Assembly (NCBI GenBank): GCA_018985235.1
Contig: JADGIG010000016.1
Span: 1 to 48,642, forward strand
Direction of reading: 5' to 3'
Length of the DNA: 48,642 nt
DNA from: Sanchytrium tribonematis
Taxonomy: Eukaryota
Position 1 is the first letter of the stretch. Each line of letters opens with the position of its first letter. Under the pieces are notes generated by a model. It saw only the letters and a program-made list of their open reading frames with translations. It searched no databases and had not been told where the DNA came from. The position numbers were made by a program, and so were the translations under genes. Shown piece by piece: positions 22,769-33,762 of this stretch.

Positions 22769-23165
22769 ATGAATTCACAACCTCCACAAAATAGAAAACA
22801 TCAATGGTGCCTGGACACGCTTCAAACTTGTAGGGATATTTGTCATCCAACTACAGATATTTCGTGTAACGACGGTACATTAAATTATACCTGTCCTTGT
22901 GATATCAGTAAGCAGCCAAAATCTATTGAGATATATTCTTGCGGTTATGCTGTTGATGTATGCAAATACAAATGTCCAACGTATGCCATATTTATTTAGC
23001 AATGATACAGTGTGTTCAAACTACTGCGAAAGCCAAAGATGTTTACCACAAATTACTATAGTTCAAAAGCCAAATAATAACTCCGCTATACAGTTTGACG
23101 CAGGAGTTGCGGAGATGTCAGTATCTGTTATTTTTTATGTTTTGATGATAATTTTATTAAAATAA
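22769..23165 (+). CDS. Small Cys-rich protein with C-terminal hydrophobic anchor; exons 22769-22980 and 23000-23165
   Basis: Spliced 125 aa protein with 12 Cys (WC..TC.DIC...C..GTLNYTCPC...C...C...C...C...C...C) and tail SVSVIFYVLMIILLK. Confidence 0.75.
22981..22999 (+). other. 19-nt spliceosomal intron (Cys-rich protein)
   Basis: GTATGCCATATTTATTTAG; joins two overlapping short ORFs and continues the Cys spacing. Confidence 0.85.
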
Positions 23166-23170
23166 TGCTA

Positions 23171-24433
23171 CTACTTTAATAAAGTCAATGGATTTTCAAG
23201 ATACGATTTCAAAGTTTTCATGAAAGTAGCACCAACTGCACCATCAACTATTCTGTGATCAAAAGACGCAGTTAATGTCAAAATTCTAGTGGGCACAATT
23301 TTTTCATTGCCGCCTTCCATAACGATGGCGACTTCATTTTTTATACCGGCTACTGCCAATATTCCGGATTGTGGTGGATTGATTATCGCGTTGAACTGAT
23401 CAATTCCGTACATGCCAAGATTAGATACACAAAACGACCCTCCTTGATAGTCTTCCGGTTTTAATTGACTATTTTTAGCTTTTTCGGCAAGTGTCTTCGA
23501 TAATTCATTCAACGCGGTGAGACCAAGTTTGTCAGCATTTCTTATAATAGGGGTTATTAGTCCCTTCTCAGTTGCCACCGCCATTGATAAATCCACAGAA
23601 TTGTATTTTCGAATATAGTCTCCCATCCAAGAGCAATTGACTTCTGAATGATCCCTTAGGGTCAAAGCTGTAGCTTTGTTCACAAAATCATTTATCGAAG
23701 CTGAAATAGACTGCTCCTTTAAAGATCGGCGAAGAACTACTAGCTTGTCAACATTCACCTTACTGGTCAAATAATAATGAGGAATATTGGCCTTGCTGTC
23801 AGTTAGACGTGAGGCTATAGTTTTTCTCATTTGTGAAACGGATTCTTCAGTAAAATTAGGTTTTGAAATAGAGGAGCTACCTTTAAATTTTATATAGTCA
23901 TTTAAAACAACTCTGCCGTTGGGTCCACTCCCTTTGATATTTTCAATTTTGATTTTTTCTAGACTGGCCAATTTTTTAACCAAAGGTGATGCTTTACTAT
24001 TAGTGACCTGTTTTGTTTCTTTAATTGTTTTCGTAGAAGCCTCCTTCTTCAAGGATGGCTCTGGGGATACCTGAGTTGGTTGCTTCTCTCCTTTTGAAGA
24101 GCTATTATTATCCTTGGGGGCTTCAAAATCCTTGAATTTTTCAACATCTTCCAAGCTTTCACACAAAACAGCTATGGCTGTACCAACTTTTATGTCCTTG
24201 GATCCATCTTCAAAGAAAGTCTTGGCCAAAAAACCATCGTCCTGAAATTCGAATTCCATGTTGGCTTTATCTGTTTCAATTTCAGCTAAGATATCACCAG
24301 GCGACAATTGATCGCCTATCTTTTTTCTCCATTCTGAGATGTTTCCTTGAGTCATAGTCGGAGATAAAGCGGGCATGTTGATTATTTGATGGATAGGTTT
24401 TTGCATAAGTCGAAAACGAAACATAGACAACAT
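23171..24433 (-). CDS. LAT1: Pyruvate dehydrogenase E2, dihydrolipoamide acetyltransferase
   Basis: MPALSPTMTQGNI, lipoyl EIETDKA, E3-binding domain, catalytic DHRIVDGA. Confidence 0.96.
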   Translation of the reverse strand: MLSMFRFRLMQKPIHQIINMPALSPTMTQGNISEWRKKIGDQLSPGDILAEIETDKANMEFEFQDDGFLAKTFFEDGSKDIKVGTAIAVLCESLEDVEKFKDFEAPKDNNSSSKGEKQPTQVSPEPSLKKEASTKTIKETKQVTNSKASPLVKKLASLEKIKIENIKGSGPNGRVVLNDYIKFKGSSSISKPNFTEESVSQMRKTIASRLTDSKANIPHYYLTSKVNVDKLVVLRRSLKEQSISASINDFVNKATALTLRDHSEVNCSWMGDYIRKYNSVDLSMAVATEKGLITPIIRNADKLGLTALNELSKTLAEKAKNSQLKPEDYQGGSFCVSNLGMYGIDQFNAIINPPQSGILAVAGIKNEVAIVMEGGNEKIVPTRILTLTASFDHRIVDGAVGATFMKTLKSYLENPLTLLK

Positions 24434-24439
24434 CTTACT

Positions 24440-25042
24440 TCAAGGAGAAACTTTTATTTTTTTTACTACATAGACAAAGTAATGAAAATCTTTTCCCAAA
24501 GTGTAAATTTTCTGGACTTCCAGATCGCAAAGCTTAAAGATAGGTTTTCTGAAGTGGGGTTGTCCAAAAGTTGCATAAATATAAACTCCATCTGAAGATA
24601 GAATTCGAAAAATTTCCCTTAAAGCTTTACATGCATCCTCAAAGTCTTCCACTTTAGGATCCCATACATTCGCGTCGCAGAGCAAAGCGTCCAGTGTGCC
24701 TTTATCGATGATGGCATCAATAGAGTCTGATCGAATTGGGATTGATGTTATGTCAATTATTGACCACTCATAACACGAAAACATTGATTTCATCTTACTA
24801 ATAACAACTACAGAATAGTCAATATTGATTGTCAGCTCCTTCTGTAGATCTACACCCAACTGTGAGTTGCCACATCCAATATGAAGAAAAGTACAAAATT
24901 GAGTACTATCTTGTAAAATATTCGATATACATTCCAATATGTCATTGTATCTAGATTCAAACCATTCAAAGGAGGTTTCGTTTTGATATCGAGCTTCCCA
25001 ATAATTTTTCGACTTGAACTTTGAATTTGAATTTGACAGCAT
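24440..25042 (-). CDS. Class I SAM-dependent methyltransferase (EEF1AKMT4/ECE2-type)
   Basis: YWEARY...FEWF, LHIGCGNS, IIDKGTLDAL and TFGQPHFR. Confidence 0.88.
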   Translation of the reverse strand: MLSNSNSKFKSKNYWEARYQNETSFEWFESRYNDILECISNILQDSTQFCTFLHIGCGNSQLGVDLQKELTINIDYSVVVISKMKSMFSCYEWSIIDITSIPIRSDSIDAIIDKGTLDALLCDANVWDPKVEDFEDACKALREIFRILSSDGVYIYATFGQPHFRKPIFKLCDLEVQKIYTLGKDFHYFVYVVKKIKVSP

Positions 25043-25076
25043 CTTTTTGTAGGAGACTTTGACACGAATCTAACAC

Positions 25077-26288
25077 ATGCATAGATATTCAAAAAGATTT
25101 AATTCAATAGTTCAACATACCATTAATCATGCTAATAAAGATTCGGAATTTATTCAAAGTTTACATAAATTTTGCCAAACTCATATCAAGCCATATGCTA
25201 AATCAATTGATTCATCAAATTCATTTAAAAAGGATTTGATGTTGAAGTTGGGAGAGCTGGGAATTTTAGGTGTAACTGCTAAAGAAGAATACGGTGGATT
25301 AGGATTAGGATATTTTGACCATGTTTTAGCGATGCAGGCTGTTAGCAGAGCAAGCGCTTCTATTGGGTTAAGTTATGGTGCGCACTCTAATCTATGTGTT
25401 AACCAAATAGTTCGCCATGGTTCAGATGAACAATTGGCAAGATATTTACCAAAATTGATTAGCGGAGAGCATGTAGGTTTTCTTGCAATGAGTGAACCAA
25501 ACAGTGGAAGTGACGTCGTCAGTATGAGGACAAGAGCGGATTTGGTTGGAGACACATACATTTTGAATGGAACAAAATTTTGGATAACAAATGGCGATGT
25601 AGCAGATGTTGGTATTGTATATGCGAAAACTGGAAAAAAGATAACTGCCTTTATTGTTGAGAAGGGAATGAAAGGATTTACAACCCACCAAAAATTAGAC
25701 AAATTAGGTATGAGAGGGTCAAATACCTGTGAACTCGTCTTTGATAATGTAGAGATTCCAAAAGAAAATATTCTTGGTGAGCTTGATAAGGGTGTCTATG
25801 TTCTTATGAGTGGTCTTGACAGTGAAAGACTAGTCCTGGCTGCAGGACCTATAGGCATTATGGATAATTGTATGGAAATTGTTTTGCCGTATGTTCATCA
25901 AAGGAAGCAGTTTAATAGACCTATTGGAACTTTTCAATTGATGCAAGGTAAAATTGCAGACATGTATACCACTTGGAGTGCAAGCAAAGCCTACCTTTAT
26001 TCGGTTTCCAGGCAAATTGACCAACGTAAAGAAAAAAGTCGTTCTAGCAAGTTGACTAAAGATAGTGAAATGAACAAAGATTGTGCCGGAGTCATTCTAT
26101 ACTGCGCAGAAAATGCAACTCAGATGGCACTCCAGAGTATTCAGTGTCTTGGTGGTAATGGCTACATTAATGAATATGATACAGGCAGATTATTAAGAGA
26201 TGCCAAACTATACGAAATTGGAGCAGGAACAAGCGAGGTTAGAAGAATGATTATCGGACGCGAGCTTAATGACGAGTGGGCGCAGTGA
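25077..26288 (+). CDS. IVD: Isovaleryl-CoA dehydrogenase, mitochondrial
   Basis: [38 protein letters not shown] and [18 protein letters not shown]. Confidence 0.95.
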   Translation: MHRYSKRFNSIVQHTINHANKDSEFIQSLHKFCQTHIKPYAKSIDSSNSFKKDLMLKLGELGILGVTAKEEYGGLGLGYFDHVLAMQAVSRASASIGLSYGAHSNLCVNQIVRHGSDEQLARYLPKLISGEHVGFLAMSEPNSGSDVVSMRTRADLVGDTYILNGTKFWITNGDVADVGIVYAKTGKKITAFIVEKGMKGFTTHQKLDKLGMRGSNTCELVFDNVEIPKENILGELDKGVYVLMSGLDSERLVLAAGPIGIMDNCMEIVLPYVHQRKQFNRPIGTFQLMQGKIADMYTTWSASKAYLYSVSRQIDQRKEKSRSSKLTKDSEMNKDCAGVILYCAENATQMALQSIQCLGGNGYINEYDTGRLLRDAKLYEIGAGTSEVRRMIIGRELNDEWAQ

Positions 26289-26316
26289 ATAAATTGGTTC
26301 ATTTGTATATTTCTCC

Positions 26317-29300
26317 ATGTTTAAAAATCATTGGAAAATTAGAAAAGAAAAGTACGAGGGATTAAAAGCAGAAGAGATTTTACCAGAATATTTCTCCGAA
26401 CCCAATGCACTATGCTTGGGTCTTTTGTATAGTAAGATAGATAATAATTACATACAATCAAATTCAAGAGTAATTATTCCTTGTCTAATGAGACAGTTGC
26501 TAAAAAAAACTGAGACAGAAAGCTTCTTGATATCTGCAATTGTATTTTACCCTGCCTCATTTTGGGAAGAACTCAAAAAAATATCCGCGGAAAATAATAT
26601 CAAACTGATTATCAAAAATCTTAATGTTGCTATAGATATCGCTAAAACAAATATAGTTGTGTACAAATCTCTTAAAGGAGACCAACTTCAACAGATATCT
26701 GAGCTTTTTGCACATGCAAATCAACAAATACGCCAACTCACATCAGATTTTTTTATTTTTGTTGGCCAATACCACAAAATTTCAAAATACATCCAAAAAT
26801 GCTCCGATAGTTTGAAATTAAGCCTCGTTGAAAAAATTAAATCGTTTAAGCCAAACGATGAAGAATCAATTGATAATCACGTAATTCAAAACGAATCTGA
26901 TCGGATGGAAATTGATGTCAAACCTTTGAATCTTGAAGCAGACGAGAGAGATTATTTTTTAAATAGTCTTACAGAGCATCTGAATGTGACAGAGACAAAA
27001 AAAGTGGCTCTTAACATACCATTAGACGAATTGCAAAATACAAAGTGGAAAATTAAATTTGAAGCACTCAACTCAATTATCGACATTATAAAGCCGCTAA
27101 ACCATGAAGAATATTTTGAGATATTTCTTAAAACTAAATTACTAAAATCTCTTAATGTAATTAGCCATCCTTCATTACCTAACAGACTTGACGACAATTT
27201 ACTTGAGCTCATGATACCCCTTTTGAGGGACAAGAATGTAAATGTCTGCGCTGCTGCTGCTCAAATTTCTCTTTTCGCATTAAAATTTAATAGGTCTGAA
27301 GCTTTTGCTTTTTCAATAATGTCTTTGGCAATTGACCGACTGAAAGACAAAAAGCAGGTTTATCAAGATTTGCTGCAAACTTGCTGTTGTTTGTGCTCCA
27401 TGAACTCAGATCTCGTGATAGAAATGTTGTCTGCCGCAATCAGTCACAAAATCCCGCTTATCAAAATTTCTGTTCTCGCAAGTCTGCTAAACGTTTTTAA
27501 GTTACTTCCGTTGCTTTCTTACAAAGCATGGGTTGAAGTTATTTCGAAGAATATAGATGATCGAGATGGCAAGGTGAGGGACTTTACCTTTGAGCTTCTT
27601 GGCTTAATCAAATACATTGGGTTAAAAAATAATAAGGAAATTGCATTTGATTTCGATAAATTTAAATTAGATAAAATTAATTCTTACTTTGAACTATACG
27701 ACAAGCAGATGAAAAAAGTTCAGTTTTTAAACGTAGTTTTATTGTTTAATCCGGCCAACCCTGGGGATAATTTTAAAGCAAATAACGCTCAAGAGCGAAA
27801 GACAAACCAACTACCAAAGAAAGTGACTATCAAATCAAGTTTAAAGAAAAAAAGAAAATTAGAGGAAAGAACTCCACAAAAAAAGGCCGCCTTATCCCAT
27901 TTACTAGAAGAAAAAATAATTCCTTTACAATATACCGACGAAGATAGTACATGGTTAGTCTCAAAGTATTTGAGTGAGGAGGATATTAAGGGTTTAAAGT
28001 CACCAGATTGGAAAACACGCCTGGAAATAGTCAAGGGTCTAGACTTCGCCTGCAGTTTTGAAGAGAGAGCCCGAATTTTTCAATTCAGTCCAGGCTTTGG
28101 TGAAAAAAATTTCCAGGTTTGTCACGCGATTTTAGAGAAACTTATTAATATAAAAGAGCCAATTAGTGGTAGCCATGTCAGCTTGATTGCGACTTTTTTG
28201 ATAGATAGAATGACAGATTTAAAACTTTCTGCAATCGTTAAACTAGTGTTGAAATCCTTGATCGAAAATTCCACTGTCGATACTGTGATTAAAAGTATTC
28301 TTAGTTATGCGATAAATACTAAAAGCCCAAAGTTTCACATTGAATTTGCTAACTGGATGTACGAGTCGACTATGGAATTTGGATCATTTACGGTTCCTGC
28401 TTCTTTAGAATTGTATGCCAAAATGTGTCTCAAACATTCAAACCAAAAACTTCGTACTGAAATCTTAAAAGTAATCGGCACCCTCAATATGAAAGGAATT
28501 TTTGTGGAATTGAGCGATTCACAAATGAAGGTCGTTGGCGAATACAATGCAAATGCCCCTGGTATTAAGCGCCATAAATCTGTCAAGCCTAATAATAATT
28601 TGAGCGATTATTCAGAAAAAATCTCTGCCCTAATTCCTTCGCTGAGAGAAAAGCAATGGAAATTGCGTAAGGAAGCTCTGCTACAATTAAAAACTTATTT
28701 TGAAAGCAATACTATGGACAATATTGCATTCGTATATCCGGCTCTTCGAGAGCGACTGTTAGATAGTAACAAGAATCTTATTGTAGTAACTTTGAATGTA
28801 ATATCGAAAAATCGCTGCCCCTCAATTTTGAAATGCAAAGAATTGATCCACCAAATATGTATTTGTTTTGGCGATACCAAAGTTCAAATTAGAGATGCAG
28901 CCATGAACTGTTTACAAGACATCTCAAAAATTGTTCCTTTATTGGACATCATATCACTACTTGGCACTTTTTTGGTCAATGATAACCTTAATATTACTAA
29001 AGAGATTTTACGTTTTATCACTGTCAGCATAACACCAGATTTTAATATCGATTTAATCGCTGAAAGCATTGTTAATTGCCTCAATTCAAAGCACATTGAG
29101 GTTAAAAAATACTCTCAAACACTCTTAGCCAATATAAGTGTGGCTGTACTCAAAAAACTACTCCCAAATGAACAATTTTTGTCAGTACAACTTTATTTAA
29201 ACTTGAATGAAAAAACAGAAGAAGGGGCTATAATTTCAATCTCAAGTTGCGCTTTACCTAAGGCTGATAGAATGTTAAAAAATTGGGATTTTAATAAGCT

Positions 29301-31138
29301 CTGTGAAAAATCACTCAATTCTTACGCAAAGGAGCTGTTTACGAGCCAGTCATTACAGTCACAAAAACTAATTAGAGCATTTTATAATTGCAATGATTTT
29401 ATACCCATTTTAGACATATTGTTCAAATACATGATTCTAATTAACAGATTAGATCTTATTGCTGAACTGTTGCACATTCTTAAAGACTTAAACTATAGAA
29501 TATGTGACGATGAGTTAAATTTGATATTCGATTATTTGCTCGGGACAAACGAATTTCGACTTTTGTACAATTTGTATCCTTATTCTAAAATGTTTTTGAG
29601 ACTTGTGCACCAAAATAGTGAAAAGTCTCTATCAGAAATCAAATACATTCTCAGCCGAAATGATTGCAAAGATTTGATAAATGACAACATGGATTTGATA
29701 AATACCATTAATAATGGAGAACTTCTAAATATGATACAATCACATATCAAATCTAAACCTGACAAGAACATAGCCGAAACATTAGATGTGGCTGATTTCT
29801 CCAACGAAGCGCTGGAAAGTGTTGATTCAAGATATAAAATTGAGAATTTCAGTGACAAATTTAGTCACAAGTACCCTACAATAAGAAAACAGCCTTCTTT
29901 TTTTGCTACGGAACAGATCATATCTCAGCTAAATCTGTGTGATCCAACAAAATCCTACTACGCTCTCAAAGAATTTGAAAAATGTTTGCTCAGTGATTCT
30001 ATCTCTACAGCTCAATATTTAGACTCTTTGATAAAAGTTATGGTAGATAATTTTAATAAGCATTTAAATTTAAGTTTACCGGCAAATACTAGGCTGATTA
30101 AGGAGTTGTGTGCTGTATTTTTATCTTTATCAACTGACAGTAATTTGATAAGCGCTTTAAGCGACTCCTCATTAGAAGAATTCTTTCGCTGCTTGCTGTT
30201 TAATCTCAAGTCTGTTAAAGACTCTAAAATTCAAAGTTTTATTAATTCTGTTATTGTCAAATCGTTGTACAACTTAAATAGAAATCGCGCATTTCAGTAA
30301 TTTAAATTAACATAGATTGCTTTTTAAGCTGTTGACAGACACTTGTAATTTGACAAATGTGGAAGAATTTGACCAAAAATGCACTCTAATTTCAAAATGT
30401 ATGTTGAAGCTGACAAAAGATGTACAAATTAAACATGCTGATCGCACCAATTACTTAGATTTAAAAACTTTGCTGTATGTAATGCATGAGTTTTTTGGGT
30501 TTCTACAATCTGTAGGAATGGATCAAAAAAACAATGATAATTCTGAAGTCCCTTTGCGTTCAGTGAAAACGGTGCTTGTTTATTTATGTAAAACCATTGG
30601 TGATGAATTTCAAATCTTTCTCGATAGATGTTTGGACGAATTGAATGATGACATCTTTCAATTTTTCAAATCCTACACGGATAAGGGTGAAAACCAAGGA
30701 AATGATAGTAATTCCTCGAGTGGCCAGAACAACCATAAGATTGATCTTGAAAGTATTTTTTTTGAAATTATTAACCAAGGAACGGTTTCTACTATACTCG
30801 AAAAGGTAGTTGGCCTGAAAGGCCAATATTCCATATCAGATAAGCGACTTAAAGATATTTTAGATAATATTGAAATCGATCCTACAACCAAAAATTTTCT
30901 TTTCAAGCATTTGAATTTATACGAAAATGAACTTCAAATCCCGGAATTTGCAATGTTGGATTCTCATACCAATGTTTTCAACAGACCACTTAATTCAAGG
31001 TTAAAACTTCTTCAAAACAAACTGAATAATCTGCGAGATTCAACGAATGCGCTCGATGCAGAAATTGACGAGGAGCCCGCATCTATCAGCTCTATCCAAA
31101 ATCTAGCAGATCGTTTAAAAAAAATCCAAAGCCAATAA
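26317..31138 (+). CDS. XMAP215/Dis1/Stu2-family microtubule polymerase (multiple TOG domains, divergent); exons 26317-30296 and 30316-31138
   Basis: Repeated TOG starts (HWKIRKE, KWKIKFEAL, DWKTRLE, QWKLRKEAL), DKNVNV and DSNKNL, C-terminal KCMLKLTK and PLRSVKTVL. Confidence 0.85.
30297..30315 (+). other. 19-nt spliceosomal intron (XMAP215)
   Basis: GTAATTTAAATTAACATAG; joins ORF 26317-30300 in frame to ORF 30317-31138. Confidence 0.88.
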
Positions 31139-31150
31139 ATTTCAGCCACA

Positions 31151-32430
31151 ATGGCACCATTTTTATATCTAATCGTTATTGCTTCAAACGTCTCGTCTGT
31201 TTATTATGATTACAGCGCGACAGCAATTATAGATGACATCATCGCGTCTCAGACTTCAAATTCAAGTTTAAATCCAGAGAGTTTAAAATACTCTACAGCA
31301 TCTACGTCTACCATTTCAAAAGTTTTTGTCGATTTATCGCCTCCTACCATCCCGGATAATCCCTCGTTAATGGACCAGCTAGAAGCTAACCAAACTTGTT
31401 CTCTGACAAGGGTAGACCTGAACAGATGCTTAACAGATAAAATTAGCTTGTTTATAAATACGAGGTTTGAATGGTATTTTATGTTGGTGTTGAATATTTG
31501 TTTATTGATTTTGGGAATGGTCTTGTTTGCTAAAATCAAATTGAAGGAACTTGTAATGAAGAAATCAAAAAAAAGAACGGCAGGAGCCTGGGCAAAAGTT
31601 AGCTTCATTTTTATTTTGCCAATTAGTCTTTTCAATTTGTTGATCTTATTAACTCCCAAATTTCCCGCTGCGTGTGCATATTTGCCTTCTATAATGGGAT
31701 TTGCTCTTATATGTTTATCAGCATTGCACCTGATGTCTTTGATAAGAATTATCGTGCGACTAGTAGTTATCAGACCTCAGCTTGTAAGTACTAGTATGAA
31801 AGCGACGCCAGGAAATCCAGATGAAGATTACGTTGAGCGAGCCCCCGAAAAATCTAAAGGGGCATTGTTAATAGATATATTGTGTCAGGTTGGTGTCATT
31901 GCAGCAATTCTGGTAGATTTTGCGATTTCAGGTTCACTTTTGGCAACCAATCCAATGACTATTGGGCAACTTCGATCTAGCAATGGAATTTCAGACTTAT
32001 TGACTTGTAGACCAGCTTATCAAGACGAATTTGTCAAGTCATTCTTCATCCCAAAGATATTAGTATTCACCGCTATCGTGGCGATTTCGGTATTTTTAAC
32101 AAATAATCCGCAATATTTTGCCAGCGCAAAACTCGACGACGTACCAGAGGGTAAAGAAGACACTGCTTTAGCTCTGAAGTCAATGTAGAATATTATTCAT
32201 ATAGTGCTTTTTATATATTGTTTGTTCTTCTTGCAGTGATGTCTTCTTTAGCAATTCATTTTTTGTACCAATACGACGATACTCATCCAATCTACTCCAT
32301 GTTGCTAAAGGAAAATTTACAGTTGGAACTGTTTTGCTCATTCATAACAATGCTTATCATGACTTTAATCTACATTCATAACTTAGAATACAAGAATAGA
32401 ATTAAAGAAGTGAAATTATTTACCTACTAA
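31151..32430 (+). CDS. Seven-transmembrane protein, class C (7tm_3/GABA-B-like) GPCR-like; exons 31151-32184 and 32205-32430
   Basis: Signal-like N-terminus; five TMs in exon 1 and two more after splicing; Cys at the top of TM3 (CAYLPSIMGFAL...IRI) and a Cys in the putative ECL2 (LTCRP). Confidence 0.55.
32185..32204 (+). other. 20-nt spliceosomal intron (7TM protein)
   Basis: GTAGAATATTATTCATATAG; removes the stop and joins in frame to ORF 32218-32430. Confidence 0.85.
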
Positions 32431-32504
32431 TCTCCGGCAAATAAATACCTTGAGCTTACTTCATTAAATTTTCTGGACTTGAGCTTAAAGGTAATTGCTA
32501 GGTG

Positions 32505-32590
32505 CAACACGACGTTCCATACGTTCTCACGAATCAAACCAATCACGAGGACCCCGTGCCTCACGTTCTACTATATAAGAAACACGACCC
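32505..32590 (+). promoter_or_regulatory. Putative promoter of the gelsolin gene (CCAAT, TATA, CACG cluster)
   Basis: CCAAT at 32539, TATATAA at 32572, six CACG/CGTG cores in about 80 nt. Confidence 0.5.
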
Positions 32591-32599
32591 AGAAGTGCC

Positions 32600-33712
32600 A
32601 TGCGTGAGCAACAAACTAAAGTTCAATTAAACTCAACTACTCAAGTTGGAGGAGATTTGTCCAAAAAATTAAAGGAAGCAGCAAGTACCGGAGAACCTGC
32701 TTGGAAAATTGTTGACCAGAACAACATCGGAATGTACATCTGGCGAATTGAGAAATTCCAACCTAAGGCAGTACCAAAGGAACAGCACGGAAAATTTTAT
32801 GATGGGGATTCTTATTTAGTTCTAAATGCTTACAAAACTACAGGATCAAATACCTTGAAGTATGACTTGCACTTTTGGTTGGGTACAGAAACATCTCAAG
32901 ATGAGGCTGGAACTGCAGCATATAAGACAGTTGAATTAGACGACTTCCTTGGAGGAGCACCTGTTCAATATAGAGAAGTTCAAGGAAGTGAATCATCCTT
33001 GTTTTTAAGTTACTTTCCGGTATTTCTAGTTCAACATGGTGGTGTAGACTCTGGATTTACCAAGGTCAAACCTGTTGACTACAAGCCAAGATTATTACAT
33101 GTTAAAGGTAGCAGAAAGAAGTTGGTGGTTCGACAAGTAGAATTACACACCGACTCCATGAACTCTGGAGACGTGTTCATCTTGGATGCTGGACTCGAAA
33201 TTTATCAATGGAACGGTGAAAAGGCAGCTGCATGGGAAAAGAACAAGGCTAACGAATTAGTCAGATCCATTCAGCAAGAGAGATTAGGAAAACCGAAGAC
33301 CTTTGTTTTTGATGAAGCAGATAAAAATATTTCTGACTTTTACACCAAGCTTGGTAGCAATGGTAAAATCAAGTCCGCAGAAGAAGGTGGAGATGACAAT
33401 TCCGTTGCAGTACTTCCAAAGAAAATTTATCGCTTGTCTGATGCATCTGGAAGTATGCAATTTAGTGATGAGACTTTGTCAACCGGTAAATTGGCACGAA
33501 GTCAATTAGACCAGAACGATGTTTTTGTTATCGACAATGGAACTGAAGTTTTTGTTTGGATTGGAAAAGCTACAACAGCAGAAGAGAGAGCCCAAGGATT
33601 ACAATATGCTGAGAAATACTTGAAGGAATTTAACAGACCAATGACTACACCAATTTGTAAGGTCAACGCTGGTAACGAATCTGAATTCTTTTGGAAATCT
33701 TTTGACGCTTAA
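32600..33712 (+). CDS. Severin/fragmin-type three-domain gelsolin-family actin-severing protein
   Basis: IWRIEKF, HGKFYDGDSY, TSQDEAGTAAYKTVELDD, SMNSGDVFILD and DVFVID...VFVWIG. Confidence 0.95.
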   Translation: MREQQTKVQLNSTTQVGGDLSKKLKEAASTGEPAWKIVDQNNIGMYIWRIEKFQPKAVPKEQHGKFYDGDSYLVLNAYKTTGSNTLKYDLHFWLGTETSQDEAGTAAYKTVELDDFLGGAPVQYREVQGSESSLFLSYFPVFLVQHGGVDSGFTKVKPVDYKPRLLHVKGSRKKLVVRQVELHTDSMNSGDVFILDAGLEIYQWNGEKAAAWEKNKANELVRSIQQERLGKPKTFVFDEADKNISDFYTKLGSNGKIKSAEEGGDDNSVAVLPKKIYRLSDASGSMQFSDETLSTGKLARSQLDQNDVFVIDNGTEVFVWIGKATTAEERAQGLQYAEKYLKEFNRPMTTPICKVNAGNESEFFWKSFDA

Positions 33713-33762
33713 TTTTTGTTAATTAATAAAAATTTTGAAATATTTTTCCAAGTTTTGGGCTG

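Noticed and set aside
27718..27736. 19-nt GT-AG segment GTTCAGTTTTTAAACGTAG inside XMAP215
   Set aside because: Lacks the invariant T at -8, and splicing would frameshift and truncate downstream TOG domains.
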